Shown: piece after piece, positions 37,721-51,012 of the stretch
How the letters are laid out: the number at the start of each line of letters is the position of its first letter
Position numbering within the stretch: the first letter of the stretch is position 1
DNA from: Octopus sinensis
Taxonomy: Eukaryota
Assembly (NCBI RefSeq): GCF_006345805.1
Contig: NC_043000.1
Location: 66,030,001-66,094,000, forward strand
Direction of reading: 5' to 3'
DNA length: 64,000 bases
The notes under the pieces: generated by a model
The model's database searches: none
The model's input: the letters and a program-made list of their open reading frames with translations, nothing else
What the model was told of the DNA's origin: nothing
Translations under genes and position numbers: made by a program

Positions 37721-40700
37721 ACAGACAGATATATATATATAAGCTTCTTTCAGCTTCCATCTCCCAAATCCACTAACAAGGATTTCTTCGGGCCAGAGCT
37801 ATAGTAGAAAATATGCCCAATGTACCACACAGTGGGACTGAACCTGAAACCGTGTAGTTGGAAGGTGATCTACAGGAAGCATATTTCAATGGAAATACAG
37901 TCATGAAAGTGTTGAATAACACATTCCTAATTTATACATATTTCACAGGAATAAGTTTGAAGAAATAAGACTGTTAGCCTTATGACACCAGCGTAGTATG
38001 CAGTAGAATTTTCACCACCATAAAACACACCCTTGGGTTTTACAAATATATTCCTAACACCAGAGTACTGTACACAATAATTTCATTCTTCTTCTTATTA
38101 TTATTATAAATTATATGTGAAGGGATTAATAAGAATTACAGTTATCAATTTGTGTTGCAAGATTAATAAGAAGGTTCTTGAATATCAAAAAAGAAGAATG
38201 ATCTCACCAAAAACAAAAATTGAAGTTTAAAATTGTAGAAAACATGCAAAACAAAAAGTAAAAACTATATACTGCAATAGTTCAACGCATAATACTTCCA
38301 AGTTTGCTTGCTATTATTGACCTACCCTTTGAATGCAAAATACAGTGATCAATGAACTAAAGGGAGATAATTCCGCCGGAAAAATAATACCTAAGGTGTT
38401 TCTATCTGAATACATTTGGTTCTAATTCTATGCTGATATAAACGTACGTGTACGTGTGTATCTGAGTGTATACAAATATAAGAGGGAAAGTACTCAATAC
38501 AGAATTAAAATTGAGATTTACAAGACTTATGTGAAGACGGGCTTTTGCACAGTTTCCATGTACCAAATTTTGTTTAGGAAGTATTGTTTAACACAAGGCT
38601 ATGGAATGGTACAAGGTTCTTACTTTAGTACTTTACAGTATGTGGTATGTATAATTATGAGCATGTTGTATACCAAAGTTGATTTCATAGTTTTTTTTTT
38701 CTTTTTACTTTCCAGTCTTATACTATTAATGCTGGTGCTTTATTTTTACCAAGTATCAATAATTATTTCTTAACAATTCTTAAGTTTTCAATATCAGTTG
38801 AATTTTCATGAAAGTGAAACAGTTTTTTTGTGCAACAGGGTCTCTGTATACAAACATAGTCCATTCTAGAGTCCTGTTCATTAACAAAATTATTTGTTAG
38901 ATGAGTAATTGAAATACATATGAATAGGGGTAGTCCATTCTGAGCCACACCCAGATTCAACATAAAGGTATGAAACTATGTTATATTTGTCTATCAATAG
39001 CAAATACATAAATATATATGTATATTAAGACTAGACATTTATCTGCCTTTATTTTATACTTCCTTCTTCCACTGTAACTCTAACCATCATTCTTCTGAAA
39101 ATGAAATAGGGTGCCATTAAATTTCAGTGATGTAGTACATATCAATTATACAACAATTCTAGAAACAGCTGTAAAGAACTACTTGTGCACCTCTTTTCTA
39201 TCAATTCCAAGGTTTTACTAGTGACACTATTGATCTAATTACCAAACTACATTTCATCAACACTATTGACTTCTTTTCAACATTATCCTGGAGTGTACAT
39301 ATCTAAATTTGAACTGTTATGAACTTTTGACATATCAAACTATTCCAAATTTCCTGCAATATATATTTTCATCTATATTTTTGCATTTTGCGAGAAAGGA
39401 TCTACAGACTTTGGGACTCACAGAGGGGATGACAGGGGACCAAGACTCCTTGCAGTTTACTGTGCTTGAGAAAATACACCAAGCTAAATAAAAGTGTGGT
39501 TGTCCTTACATACAGGCTTGTCCCCTGCATCCCTCTCCAGCTGAGCATTCCTAATCTTGTGGGATTATGGATGCAAGTGCCTCATAAAAAGCACCGGTAC
39601 TGAGTGTACTGTGTGAAAGCACCCAGTACACTCTGTAAACTGGTTGGCATTAGGAAGGGCATCCAGTCATAGAAACCATGCCATGCCAGCATGGAAAACA
39701 GACATTAAATAATTATGATGTATATACATGCATACATATACACATACATTATATATATATATACACACACTCACATATATAGTAATAATAAAGTCAAACC
39801 AAATAGTGATATTTTGAAATCATTTAGTATGCATGTTTCAGGTTTGCATAATATAAAATAAGTGCATCCATTACATAAACTTTCCTCGGGTAAAGCATTT
39901 CAAAATGTGAAACATACATATTAAATGATTTCAAAATATCACTATTTGGTTTGACTTCATTATTACAATTTATACAACTCTATGCCAGTACAAACTAGCT
40001 GGTCTTGACTTCACTTATGCAGATACTCTAGCAATGATTTGGTGTAGTTTGTTACATGTGACTTGAGTAAAAAATTCTGGTACCATGCACCACATTTTAG
40101 CATAACTTCAATTAGGTTCAGCTCAAGAATTCCAGCCTTGTTGGGGCATGGTATACAGATATATACATACACACACATATATATATATGTCCACCATCCA
40201 ACCCATGTCAGCATGGAAAGTGGATGTAAAATGATAATGTGTGTGTGTGTTTCTCTTTTGCTTGCTTCAATTGATCCATGGTTATGCTTTTTGCAAAAAT
40301 GTGAGAAATTCCCATTTCTATATAAAATATGAAAACTAGTAATTACATGATATGCATATATGGATGTTAACAACCTAACTGTACATGTGCTTTGGGCCAC
40401 TTTATATGCATGCATAGTCTACTCATGGTTCATTGTTCATATTTCAGCTCACTGGCTGAATACAATGTTCTCTATAAGATCCTCACACTACTCAATTTGT
40501 TCATTTAGTCTACTGTTTGTATACATTCTCCCAGCATGTTGTTTGCTCATGGTTTGTTGCTCAAACCTCAACTTGCTAAGCAAATGGGCTCCCAGCTACT
40601 TATGTGTGTTCATAGTCTGCTAGTTGTTTATTGCTCAAATTTCAGTACATTAAGTGAGTTTAAATTTCTTCAGGAAAAAAAGTTTGTTATTCAATTTGTT

Positions 40701-41699
40701 CGTACAGATAACAATTTGTATATGGATGCCCCGCTGTACACATTTTCTATCAGGACCGTAATTTTTTTTAGTTCCATTTTTCTCAACCAAACTGTTAGCT
40801 TTCACTTTCTCATAGGGAGTGCACGTGTGTGAGTATGTTTGTGTGTGGAAGTGTGCGTGTATACCCATTTACTCTGCCCCATTTTCACTCACACACACAT
40901 TAATGATGTACACAAATACATGACAGGTATACATAATACTGAAATATGCATAAAGTAAACATATGCAGACAAATATATTAATATAAAAAATTTTTTTTTA
41001 AATGATAAAAATACAATCAATGAAGAGACAAAAGAAACAGTAAGATAATACATGTTGATTTTATTAGGTGTTTCTGTTTATTTAGAAACCTAAAATGAAA
41101 TTAGGTATTTCTGGTTTTTAGAAAACTACAATGAAAAGGTCAGACACTAAACTATAAATTTTACAGGGTAAAACCTTAAAGTTGACACTGCTAAATGCAG
41201 AAAATTTGTCTCACTATTAGCTAAAAATACTCAGTTTTTTTTTTATTTTTAAACCTCTAACTTTTTTCTCCACAACATCATAGCTTCAAAGCCAATTTTC
41301 AGATATTTTACTTCCTTTTAAAAAATGCATATTTTGCAAATAAAAAAAACTGGATCCTACCTTTGTTTACTTTTGACTTTCAATCAGTACAGGCTTCACT
41401 TTGTCCATGATATTATATGTGCCAAGTTTGAAATATTGCTAATTATTATTTTATATCTGAGGTCAGCTATGCTTACAAAATACATGAGTTGATAAAATAA
41501 AGTACCAGTCAAGTAATGAGGTTGATTTAATTGACCTGCATTCAGGTGTCAAAATTTGCATCTGAGAAGAATTTTTAAAATTCACATGAAGTCTAAAATT
41601 TAAGCTTCAGTTATATATATATATGCATATCATGTAGATACTAGTCTTCATATTTTATATGGAAATGGGAATTTCTCCCATTTTTGCAAAAAGCATAAC

Positions 41700-41782
41700 C
41701 ATGGATCAATATACATATATACATACACATATACACACACACACACATATATGTATATATATGTGTATATATATATATATAC

Positions 41783-41814
<32 letters not shown>

Positions 41815-41839
41815 ATACATATACATGTGTATATATAGA

Positions 41840-41888
<49 letters not shown>

Positions 41889-42149
41889 GCATATATATAT
41901 ATGTGTGTATATATATCATCATCATTTAACATCTGTTTTCCATGTTAGCGTGGGTTGGACGGTTCGACCGGGATCTCTGAAGCCAGGAGGTTGCACCAGG
42001 CTATATATATATATATACATACATATTTATGTATATGCGTGTATATATAATATATATATATATATATTATATATATACATACATATTTATGTATATGCGT
42101 GTATATATATAATATATATATATATATACATACATATTTATGTATATGC

Positions 42150-42183
<34 letters not shown>

Positions 42184-42210
42184 TATATACATACATATTT
42201 ATGTATATGC

Positions 42211-42261
<51 letters not shown>

Positions 42262-42295
42262 CATATTTATGTATATGTGTGTATATATATATATA
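41700..42295. repeat. (TA)n/(TG)n microsatellites and a roughly 40-bp TATATACATACATATTTATGTATATG(C/T)GTG-based tandem array; RTE-tail fragment embedded at about 41915-42000
   Basis: Directly visible. The same unit resumes at 43993-44150. Confidence 0.9.
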
Positions 42296-42999
42296 TCTCT
42301 TATTATAAAAGGCAGATTTTATCTGCCTCCCTTTGGGAGTTATACAAATCTACAATATAGGATTTCTTCAATTACAATTTACCTAGCAGTTTTAAGAGTA
42401 CAATGCATCGCGTCATGCCAGGTCCAGTTTTTAAAATTTAAACTCCAATTAAGCAAAATTTACAGAAAACTCACATTCTGGTGTGTGTGTCAAATGCTTT
42501 TCTTAGTCTGGTTTACACCACACGCAAACGCACACACACACTGTGTAACAAATAAAGTGAAACTAGATGTAATATTTGTTTCTGTCTATCACGCTGATAG
42601 ATACATGAGTAAAATGTATGGGAAGCTAACAAATAAGAGTGAGTGAAAATGTTCTTGGAAGAGAGTAAATTTGAAGCTTGAGAACAATCAGATACATTTG
42701 CAACACATCTGTTGAAAATATTATTGTTCACACACATACATATACATATATACATACAGACAGACAGACAGATAGACACACACACACACACACATGATCC
42801 AGCATGGCCACAACCTCAAGGCTGAAACATATAAAAGAATAACAGAATATAAATGTGTGCATGTGTGTGTGTATATGTATGTATGTATGTATGTATATAT
42901 ATATAATAATGCGGTTTTTTCAACAGCTTGAACTAAAAGTCAGAGGGGAATGGGATAAACTACTTATATTAACTTGCTATAAAAGCAGGTAGTAATTTT

Positions 43000-43345
43000 A
43001 TCTTGTGCTTATTCATAGTGCAAGTTTTGAAGAGTGCATTTCGATTTTAACAGCTATTTTTTTCAAAGCTATATTGAAACAGCCTAGAAGACGAGCCTCA
43101 TCCTGAAAGATCTGTAGAACTCGACAAGGACATCCTGAAAACCCTGGTGGAATAAAATCTCATCGTAACTGTTGAGGAACTAGCAGAGAAGCTTGGATTT
43201 GGTCATTCAACCATTCATTGAGACCTGTGTGCTATCGGAAAAGTCAGCAAATTGGGTCAATGGGTTCCTCACGAACTTTCCGAGTCTAATTGCATGCAGA
43301 GAGTGAATGTATGCTTTTCTTTGCTGTCACATCTCACCACTACTG
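43000..43345 (+). mobile_element. Mariner (Hsmar1/SETMAR-like) transposase fragment
   Basis: Translates to LEDEPHPERSVELDKDILKTLVE*..TVEELAEKLGFGHSTI..KLGQWVPHELS (WVPHEL motif). Confidence 0.8.
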
Positions 43346-43356
43346 CGCTATGTATA

Positions 43357-43992
43357 TCTATATATATAAAACTGTAGTTGTGTGAGTGTCTGTCCCCTTC
43401 GATTTAGATTCCTAACTACTCCCACATTTTGCGGTGCAGTTTAACCAAATTCGGGTAGCTTATAGTCGTGATTCATATCGAGCCCGTCTGAGTATTAGCG
43501 CGCGTCTACGATGAGTCTACGATTTAAAAATAATTTAACATCATTTTTTATTCCATTTTTAATGCATAATTTTTCGTGTGTCGATGGCGGTGGAGTTGGC
43601 ATCCACGCTCACACCTGCACCTGTGGGGAAGGGAGTGTAAGGAAATCAACGTCGTAATGCGTTGTCAAGGAGACCAGCGTTCTTTTAGAACAACGACTTC
43701 ATGGCTTGAAGACACCAAAACAGAAATGGCTAAGAAAGCGTCTACATGAGTCTACGATTTAAAAAAAAATTACCATCGTTTTTTTCCCATTTTAATGCAT
43801 TTTTTCGCTATTATATAAGGGAAGTAACTCTCTAAAAATGTCTACGATGAGTCAACGATTTTTCAAAAAATTTACCATCATATTTTTTCCATTTTTAATG
43901 CATTTTTTGCTATTTTTTGGCTATAACTCTCTAAAAATGCTTATATAGTTATTTCCCTTACAAACCCGAGCAACGCCGGGCGATACTGCTAG
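43357..43992 (+). mobile_element. Non-autonomous Helitron
   Basis: A|TCTATATATATAAAA at the 5' end. The 3' end is the CCCGAGCAACGCCGGG hairpin followed by CTAG|T. Confidence 0.8.
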
Positions 43993-44059
43993 TTTATGTA
44001 TATGTGTGTATATATATTATATATATATATATACATACATATTTATGTATATGTGTGTA

Positions 44060-44098
<39 letters not shown>

Positions 44099-44149
44099 CA
44101 TATTTATGTATATGTGTGTATATATATTATATATATATATATATATATT

Positions 44150-46355
44150 TGTATACCACCTTAAGATCTATGAACTTAGCAGCCAAGGACATTATGATAG
44201 ACTACTACTTAGAGGACAAAAGTGAACCCTTCATGCTATCCAGACCTCTCATCACACAAAAAGACCATAAACCCAATTTCTAAACCGATACTAAAGTAAG
44301 ATTAATATGCCCAAATAAATCAGACCTATGTAAATTAAGTAAACTAATACTCGAGAAATACATCTCCAAGTTAAAAAGTAGAATAGCCCTAGAATTATGA
44401 TCCAACACTTATGAAACCCCAAACTGGTTCTCCAATTTACAGAACATGAGGATATCAAATTTATACAGATAAACATAGTAGGTTACTACTCCTCAATTAA
44501 AATCTACGATCCTAAATAGCACCCTAATATTCGCCAAAAATCACACACATTTAACTATGAAGGAAATAAAAGTAATACTAGAAGTGAGGAAATCAGTTAT
44601 AAGCTTTGATAATAAACTTTGGGTATGAAAGGACACCCCTAACTCTTTTGATATCACCATGGGAGCCCCAGATTCAGCACAGGTAACTGACCTAGTGGGC
44701 ATTTATATGCTATCATACCTACAGGAAGAATTCCCAGAACTCAAGGGTGGATTATACAGGGAAGACATGCTTTTCATAATAAATATATCCTCAAATAGGA
44801 AACTAGAGCTTATCAAGAAAAAAACTACACAAATTCTTTAAAAGATCTGGACTATCTATTTCTATAGAAAAGGAACACAAATCCATTAACTACTTAGGTG
44901 CAAACTGCAACTTAGACACAGGAGTCTACGAACCCTATATAAAACCCAACACTAACCTCAAATACATAAACGCATCCAGTAACCATCAGAACTTTATTAA
45001 GAGAGGTTCAGTACAGAGCATTAGCAATAGAATATCACACCTCTCTTCCAACCAACATATTTTTAATAAGCATAAGGAAATCTATAATATCGCACTAGCT
45101 AAAGCAGGATTTAAACAAAAAATTAAATACCTAGACCCCAGTCACTATACAAATATCCTACATAACAGAAATCCACACGATAATACCATTAACACTAATC
45201 ACACACCAAACACCACTACAAACTATATCAGCAACAAGAACAGCATAGAGAAGCTCAACAAAAATAATAGAAACAATGTTAAGTCCCATACACAAATCAC
45301 CAATAATATTACAAACAACTACAACATGAATACCAACAATGTGATAATCAATAAAATTAACAACATTAACAAGACTAATAACACGAATTACAAAAATAAG
45401 TTGAAAATAATAATAGCTATAATAAGAATAATATAAACCTACACATCAATAAGAATAAAAATAAAGAGCCCCAAAGAATAAGGATAAACCCTGTTAAAAA
45501 CCCTAACACCAGGTTATTGAGTCCACATAAACCATACAAAAATCAGCCCAATAAAACAGACAAGAATAGTAAAGATAAACCAAACTATAGAAATAAACTC
45601 GATAGCCATAACTATAATTTCACATGCCTTGCAAACAATGAGGGTGGTTTCTATACCAGACATAGCAATACTAATAATAAATGTAATAGTGATAAGATCT
45701 GGCTCATAATGCCTTTCACCATGCACCTTAAATCCAACATAGTTTGCTCATTAATGAAACTAAACACTTAAACGTAAATAATAAATATGCACTAATATTT
45801 AGGAATAAAATTAGAGTAGGCCACAGCCTGACTAGTAACTTAGCTACCATCATAGCCTCGATTAATAATAAAAAATGAGACACATTCTATGAAGCTAGGA
45901 AAATTAGGAACAATAAAAGTAACAACCAACAGACTAATAGAACAAATCCCACTACTAATGAAGTGCCTCCTAGTAACATAGACAAAGACCAGAGTAGTAA
46001 TAGAACCCCCCTCCACAACACAACATGAACACAGATATACCTAATAATTTATGTGGCTGCAGGGATAGAAGTAAGTGCCAATTCTCTAATAGATGTAAGA
46101 CTAAAAACGTAGTTTACTAATGTGACGTACACACAAATAGCCATATAAAATCCTATATAGGAGCCACGAAAAACCAAATGATACTTAGGTACAATGCACA
46201 CCAATCTAGCTTCAGAAATAGGAGTAAGGCAAATTCAACAGGGCTTAGTAGATATATCTGGGAGCTTAAGGACAAAAAAAAAATAGACTATAGATTAGAA
46301 TGGCGCATACTCACAAAAACAACTTCTTACAACTCTACAAATAGACGGTGTGATT
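44150..46355 (+). mobile_element. Degenerate Penelope-like element (RT, then C-terminal GIY-YIG endonuclease)
   Basis: MGAPDSAQVTDLVGIYML..GGLYREDML resembles the PLE RT motifs MGSxDxAE / GLYRDD. RYNAHQSSFRN..STGLSRYIWELKD..WRIL..YNSTNRRC matches the PLE GIY-YIG C-terminal part. Confidence 0.8.
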
Positions 46356-46786
46356 ATTTCCTAGTCTTGGAACAACAAAACAAGCCTCTCAAAAAAGAGC
46401 CAGTTCCTGCTGCTACTACTACAGTTGCACCTTCGGAAGAAGTGGAAGAGGTGTCCAGGAAAGGGCACCGCTGTCAGCTTCATCATCATCATTTCTACTC
46501 TGCAGCAAATTCATCATCATTCAAATTTTACTTCAACTTCTTTCATGTTGAGTACAGTAACAATCTTTATTTTTTTAAATCTAAAGTGTTATTGCTTAAC
46601 AGTTGTCCTTGTTATTAATACACTACTGTAATGGGTGGGTTTTAATACACTACTGTAATGGGAGGGTTTTAAAAGTCCAAATACATGTTAAATAAATACT
46701 GTAAATATAGTGTCCCTGCTTCACGGAAATTCAGTTATCATGGCCGGTCTTGGAACCAATCTACCGCGATAAACGAGGGATCACTG
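46356..46786 (+). mobile_element. Tigger/pogo-like element, 3' remnant with TIR
   Basis: Acidic C-terminal-like coding tail followed by CCGCGATAAACGAGGGATCACTG (pogo-type TIR, reverse complement CAGTGATCCCTCG). Contains a 27-bp tandem duplication at about 46615-46670. Confidence 0.55.
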
Positions 46787-47149
46787 TGCTTAAATTAATG
46801 GCTTACTAGTGCAAACAGCCAACTTCTTCCTGTTACTTTTCCTCCATTTTCTTCTTGCATATCATTTAAACTACAGTTTACCCGCTGAATTACCTGCTAC
46901 TGTATACCTTTTACCTAGGAGTGTACCTACGCAGGTCATCACCAGGAGCACCTTTGGATTTAACCATCCCTTAGAGACTTTCAACACCTCTAATTCATAC
47001 CTATATACATATATCTATATCTATATATATATATATACATATGTGTATATATACATATGTGTGTGTGTGTATATATATATATATATTGGCTAAACTGGCA
47101 AAATGACCATTCCGAAATACAATATAAATATATATATATATATATATAT

Positions 47150-47189
<40 letters not shown>

Positions 47190-47199
<10 letters not shown>

Positions 47200-47565
47200 G
47201 GCAGTTTGTCTGTGTGTGTTTCTGTGTGTCTGTCAGGTTGTACCCTCACCCTAACCACGGCTTTCAACCGATTCTGATGAAACTTGACACACACATAGCC
47301 CAATGTCATAATTCAAAACTAACGCAGCGAAAATTTTGAAAAGTTCCCCCAGTTCTGAAAAAAATCGATAAATTCGATATGGGGTCGAGAATCAGAAACA
47401 CAAACCACAGACTGTCTAGGGGACGCAACTCGACCGTTTTAACTCTCAAAAAAAAATTTACCATAATTTTTTTCCAGTTTTTTCTATTTTTTGGCTATAA
47501 CTCTCTAAAAATGCTTTATAGTTATTTCCCTTACAAACCCGAGCAACGCCGGGCGATACTGCTAG
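47190..47565 (+). mobile_element. Non-autonomous Helitron with the same 3' end as 43357-43992
   Basis: The terminal ~100 bp is near-identical: CTATAACTCTCTAAAAATGC..CCCGAGCAACGCCGGGCGATACTGCTAG|T. The 5' end lies in (TA)n. Confidence 0.75.
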
Positions 47566-47581
47566 TATATATATATATATA

Positions 47582-47905
47582 GTGAGGGCGCGTGGCTTAG
47601 TGGTTAGGGCATTCGGCTCATGATCGTAAGGTTGTGAGTTCGATTCCCGGCGACGCGTTGTGTCCTTGAGCAAGACACTTTATTTCACGTTGCTCCAGTC
47701 CACTCAGCTGGCAAAAATGAGTTGTACTTGTATTTCAAAGGGTCAGCCTTGTCACTCTCTGTGTCACGCTGATTATCCCCGAGAACTACGTTAAGGGTAC
47801 ACGTGTCTGTGGAATGCTCAGCCATTTGCACGTTAATTTCACGAGCAAGCTGTTCCGTTGATCGTATCAGCTGGGACCCTCGTCGTCGTAACCGGCGGAG
47901 TCTTT
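47582..47905 (+). mobile_element. tRNA-derived SINE, family D, young-looking full copy
   Basis: A box TGGCTTAGTGG, B box GAGTTCGATTCC; CpG-rich. A reverse copy lies at about 56400-56635. Confidence 0.85.
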
Positions 47906-47909
47906 AAAA

Positions 47910-47914
47910 TATAT

Positions 47915-47991
<77 letters not shown>

Positions 47992-48441
47992 GTATATATA
48001 TATATGATATATATATATGTATATATATTATGTATATATATATGTATATATATATGTATATATATATATGTATATATGTATATATGTATATATATATGTA
48101 TATTATATATGTATATATGTATATATATATGTATATATATATATGTATATGTATATGTATATATGTATATGTGTATGTGTATATGTATATGTGTATATGT
48201 ATATATATATATGTATATATGTATATGTATATATGTATATGTATATATGTATATGTATATGTGTATATGTATATGTATATGTGTATATGTATATGTGTAT
48301 ATGTATATGTGTATATGTATATGTGTATATGTATATGTGTATATGTATATATATATGTATATATATATGTATATGTGTATATGTATGTGTATATGTATAT
48401 ATGTATATGTATATGTATATATATATATGTATATATGTATA

Positions 48442-48484
<43 letters not shown>

Positions 48485-48712
48485 GTATATAGATATATGT
48501 ATAGATATATGTATATATATATATATATATGTATAGATATATGTATTATATATATATGTATATATATATGTATATATAGATATATATATATATATGTATA
48601 TATACACACACACACACACATATATATACATGTGTATATATGAATGTGTTAGGGTTAGGTATATACAGATGTATATATAGATATATACATATATATATAT
48701 ATACATATATAC
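47910..48712. repeat. About 800-bp (TA)n/(TATATG)n/(TATG)n low-complexity tract
   Basis: Directly visible. It produces the spurious YIYI/MYMY ORFs. Confidence 0.95.
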
Positions 48713-49159
48713 ATACCGAATTTAGAAATAACAGTCAAAGGGTTATAGCTATTTCTTCTACTAAGAAATAGCTATAACCCTTTGACTGCTATTTCTAAAT
48801 TCGGTATGTGGTAAGGCAATTCGTTGCTAAACCCTTTATTGCTTAGTATTACTTAAATTTTCCTCGAATGAAGCTTTTACATGCCGAAGACTACTTGGTG
48901 TAATTGATAATTATTCCAAATTAATTAATTTCACCCTTCATTATACATATATACATATATATATAAATACATATACCTATATACATATACATACTCATAC
49001 ATATATATACATATACATGCATATATATATATACAAACATATATATACATACATATACATGCATATATATATATACAAACATATATATACATACATATAT
49101 ATATATAAATATATACATATATATAAATATATACATATATATATATATATACATATATA

Positions 49160-49978
49160 TCATCATCATTTAGCGTCCGTTTTCCATGCTAGCATGGGTT
49201 GGACGGTTTAACTGGGGTCTGTGAAGCCGGAAGGCTTCATCAGGCCCTGTCAGATTTGGCAGTGTTTCTACGACTGGATGCCCTTCCTAACGCCAACCAC
49301 TCCGTGAGTGTAGTGGGTGCTTTTTACATGCCACCTGCACAGGTGCCAGATAGAGCTGGCAAATGGCCACAAACAGATGGTGTTTTTACGTGCCACCGGC
49401 ACGGGGGCCAGGCGAGGCTGGCAACGGACACGAACGGATGGTGCTTTTACGTGCTACCGGCACGGGGGCCAGGTGAGGCTGGCAACGGACACGAACGGAT
49501 GGTGCTTTTACGTGCTACCGGCACGGGGGCCAGGTGAGGCTGGCAACGGACACGAACGGATGGTGCTTTTACATGCCAACGGCACGGGGGCCAGGTGAGG
49601 CTGGCAACGGACAAACGATCGGATGGTTCGCTTAACCACAGCTGCAATTTCCACTGATGTTGATTTGGTTTGATTTTGACTGTTCTCACTGGTCTTGCCG
49701 GGTCTTCTCACACACAGCATACTTTCATAGGTCTTGGTCTCTAGTCATTTCCTTGGTGAGACCTAAAGTTCAAAGGTCGTGCTTCACCACCTCGTCCCAG
49801 GTTTTCCTGGGTCTACCTCTTCCACAGGTTCCCTCAACTGCTAGAGTGTGGCACTTTTGCACACAACTATCTTCACCCATTCTCGTCACATGCCCATACC
49901 AGCGCAGACGTCTCTCTTGCACACCACAACTGATGCTTCTTAGGTCCAACTTTTCTCTCAAGGTACTTACACTCTGTC
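49160..49978 (-). mobile_element. 5'-truncated RTE LINE (ORF C-terminus + 3' UTR with 61-bp tandem repeats + (TGA)n tail)
   Basis: ORF 49770-49961 reads LRWYGHVTRM..GTCGRGRPRKTWDEVVKHDL. About five copies of a 61-bp unit lie at 49330-49620. Confidence 0.9.
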
Positions 49979-50089
49979 ATATACATATATATATATACAT
50001 ATATATATATACATATATATATACATATATATATATACATATATATATACATATATATATATATATTTAAAAAAGGAGATGTGGAACAC

Positions 50090-50620
50090 GAGTTGTGATT
50101 TATAAAAAAGGAAATGAAGAAAATGCTGACAAAATAATTTAAGTAATTTAATTAAGTGAAGTTCTTTTTACCGGTTGTGCATTTGTTATGCTTATCAAAA
50201 GATTAGAGTTCCTTTCTGAAAGATTTTTTCCTCTTATCTGACTTTATGTTGGGTTTGCTGTCTCTTATATGTGAAAAAAGAGGCTCCAGAGTTGTTTAAG
50301 ATTTGCTTGGTTTAGCGCCTAAAATTTCTTGTGGACAATGGTCAATACAAATTTGATTGGTCATTATGAAGGGGTCATGTGAATGTTTGAATGGAAGTTG
50401 GTGTTGGGGTAAGAAAAAAGGCTTTTCTTAGTGGTCATAATAAAGAGGTCAAGTGAATGTTTAGAATTTTCGAAAAAAGCTTGTTGAAAATTCTTATTGT
50501 TCAGGCTGGTCAGTAGACGTCATGTGGATATTTTAAATAGCTTTTTAGTGAGTAGTTAGGGAGTGTATTTTCCGCTTGACTGAATTTGAGCTGGATAAGT
50601 AAGTTCATTTAGGACAGGAA
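50090..50620 (-). mobile_element. Possible Penelope-like C-terminal fragment
   Basis: Minus translation resembles a degenerate GIY-YIG tail (QQAFFENSKHSLDLFIMTT). Weak evidence. Confidence 0.25.
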
Positions 50621-50649
50621 GAGCTATATGTATGTATGTGTGTGCGTGT

Positions 50650-50807
50650 GTGTGTATGTGTGTGTGTAAACATATAAACAGTTAAGTCCTTATCTCCCAC
50701 CATAAACTTATATCAATATTTGCCTGAATAATCATCATAATTCAGTGCAATCATTAACAGTACTTTCAAGCAATTCAGCCCCGAGCATCGCTGGGCAATT
50801 CTGCTAG
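50650..50807 (+). mobile_element. Helitron 3' end (diverged)
   Basis: CCCGAGCATCGCTGGG hairpin + CAATTCTGCTAG|T. The 5' boundary is unclear. Confidence 0.6.
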
Positions 50808-51012
50808 TATATATATATATGTGCATGTACATGAACATCGAAACAAATATCAATGGAAATAGTAGTTGTGATACCTGTGCCGGTGGCACATAAAAAGCAC
50901 CATCCGAACGTAGCCGTTGCCAGCGCCGCCTCGACTGGCTTCTGTGCCGGTGGCACATAAAAAGCACCATCCGAACGTGGCCGATGCCAGCGCCACCTTG
51001 GCTGGCTTCCGT

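Noticed and set aside
46800-47000. Minus-strand exon-like segment (KVSKGWLN...)
   Set aside because: It contains a stop and resembles a degenerate Tigger/CENP-B transposase piece rather than a host exon; too weak to annotate.
47582-47660. tRNA gene (also 10875-10945 and the family A/C heads)
   Set aside because: A and B boxes are present, but I could not fold a complete cloverleaf and each continues into a SINE body.
47867-48706. Long ORFs (up to 279 aa) of Y/I/M/C/H repeats; similar ones at 41.6-42.6 kb, 44.0 kb and 49.0 kb
   Set aside because: They are translations of (TA)n/(TG)n microsatellites, which lack stop codons in several frames.
49330-49620. Regularly spaced ~61-bp repeats as a CRISPR-like array
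   Set aside because: These are head-to-tail near-identical units with no unique spacers, inside an RTE 3' UTR in a eukaryotic context.
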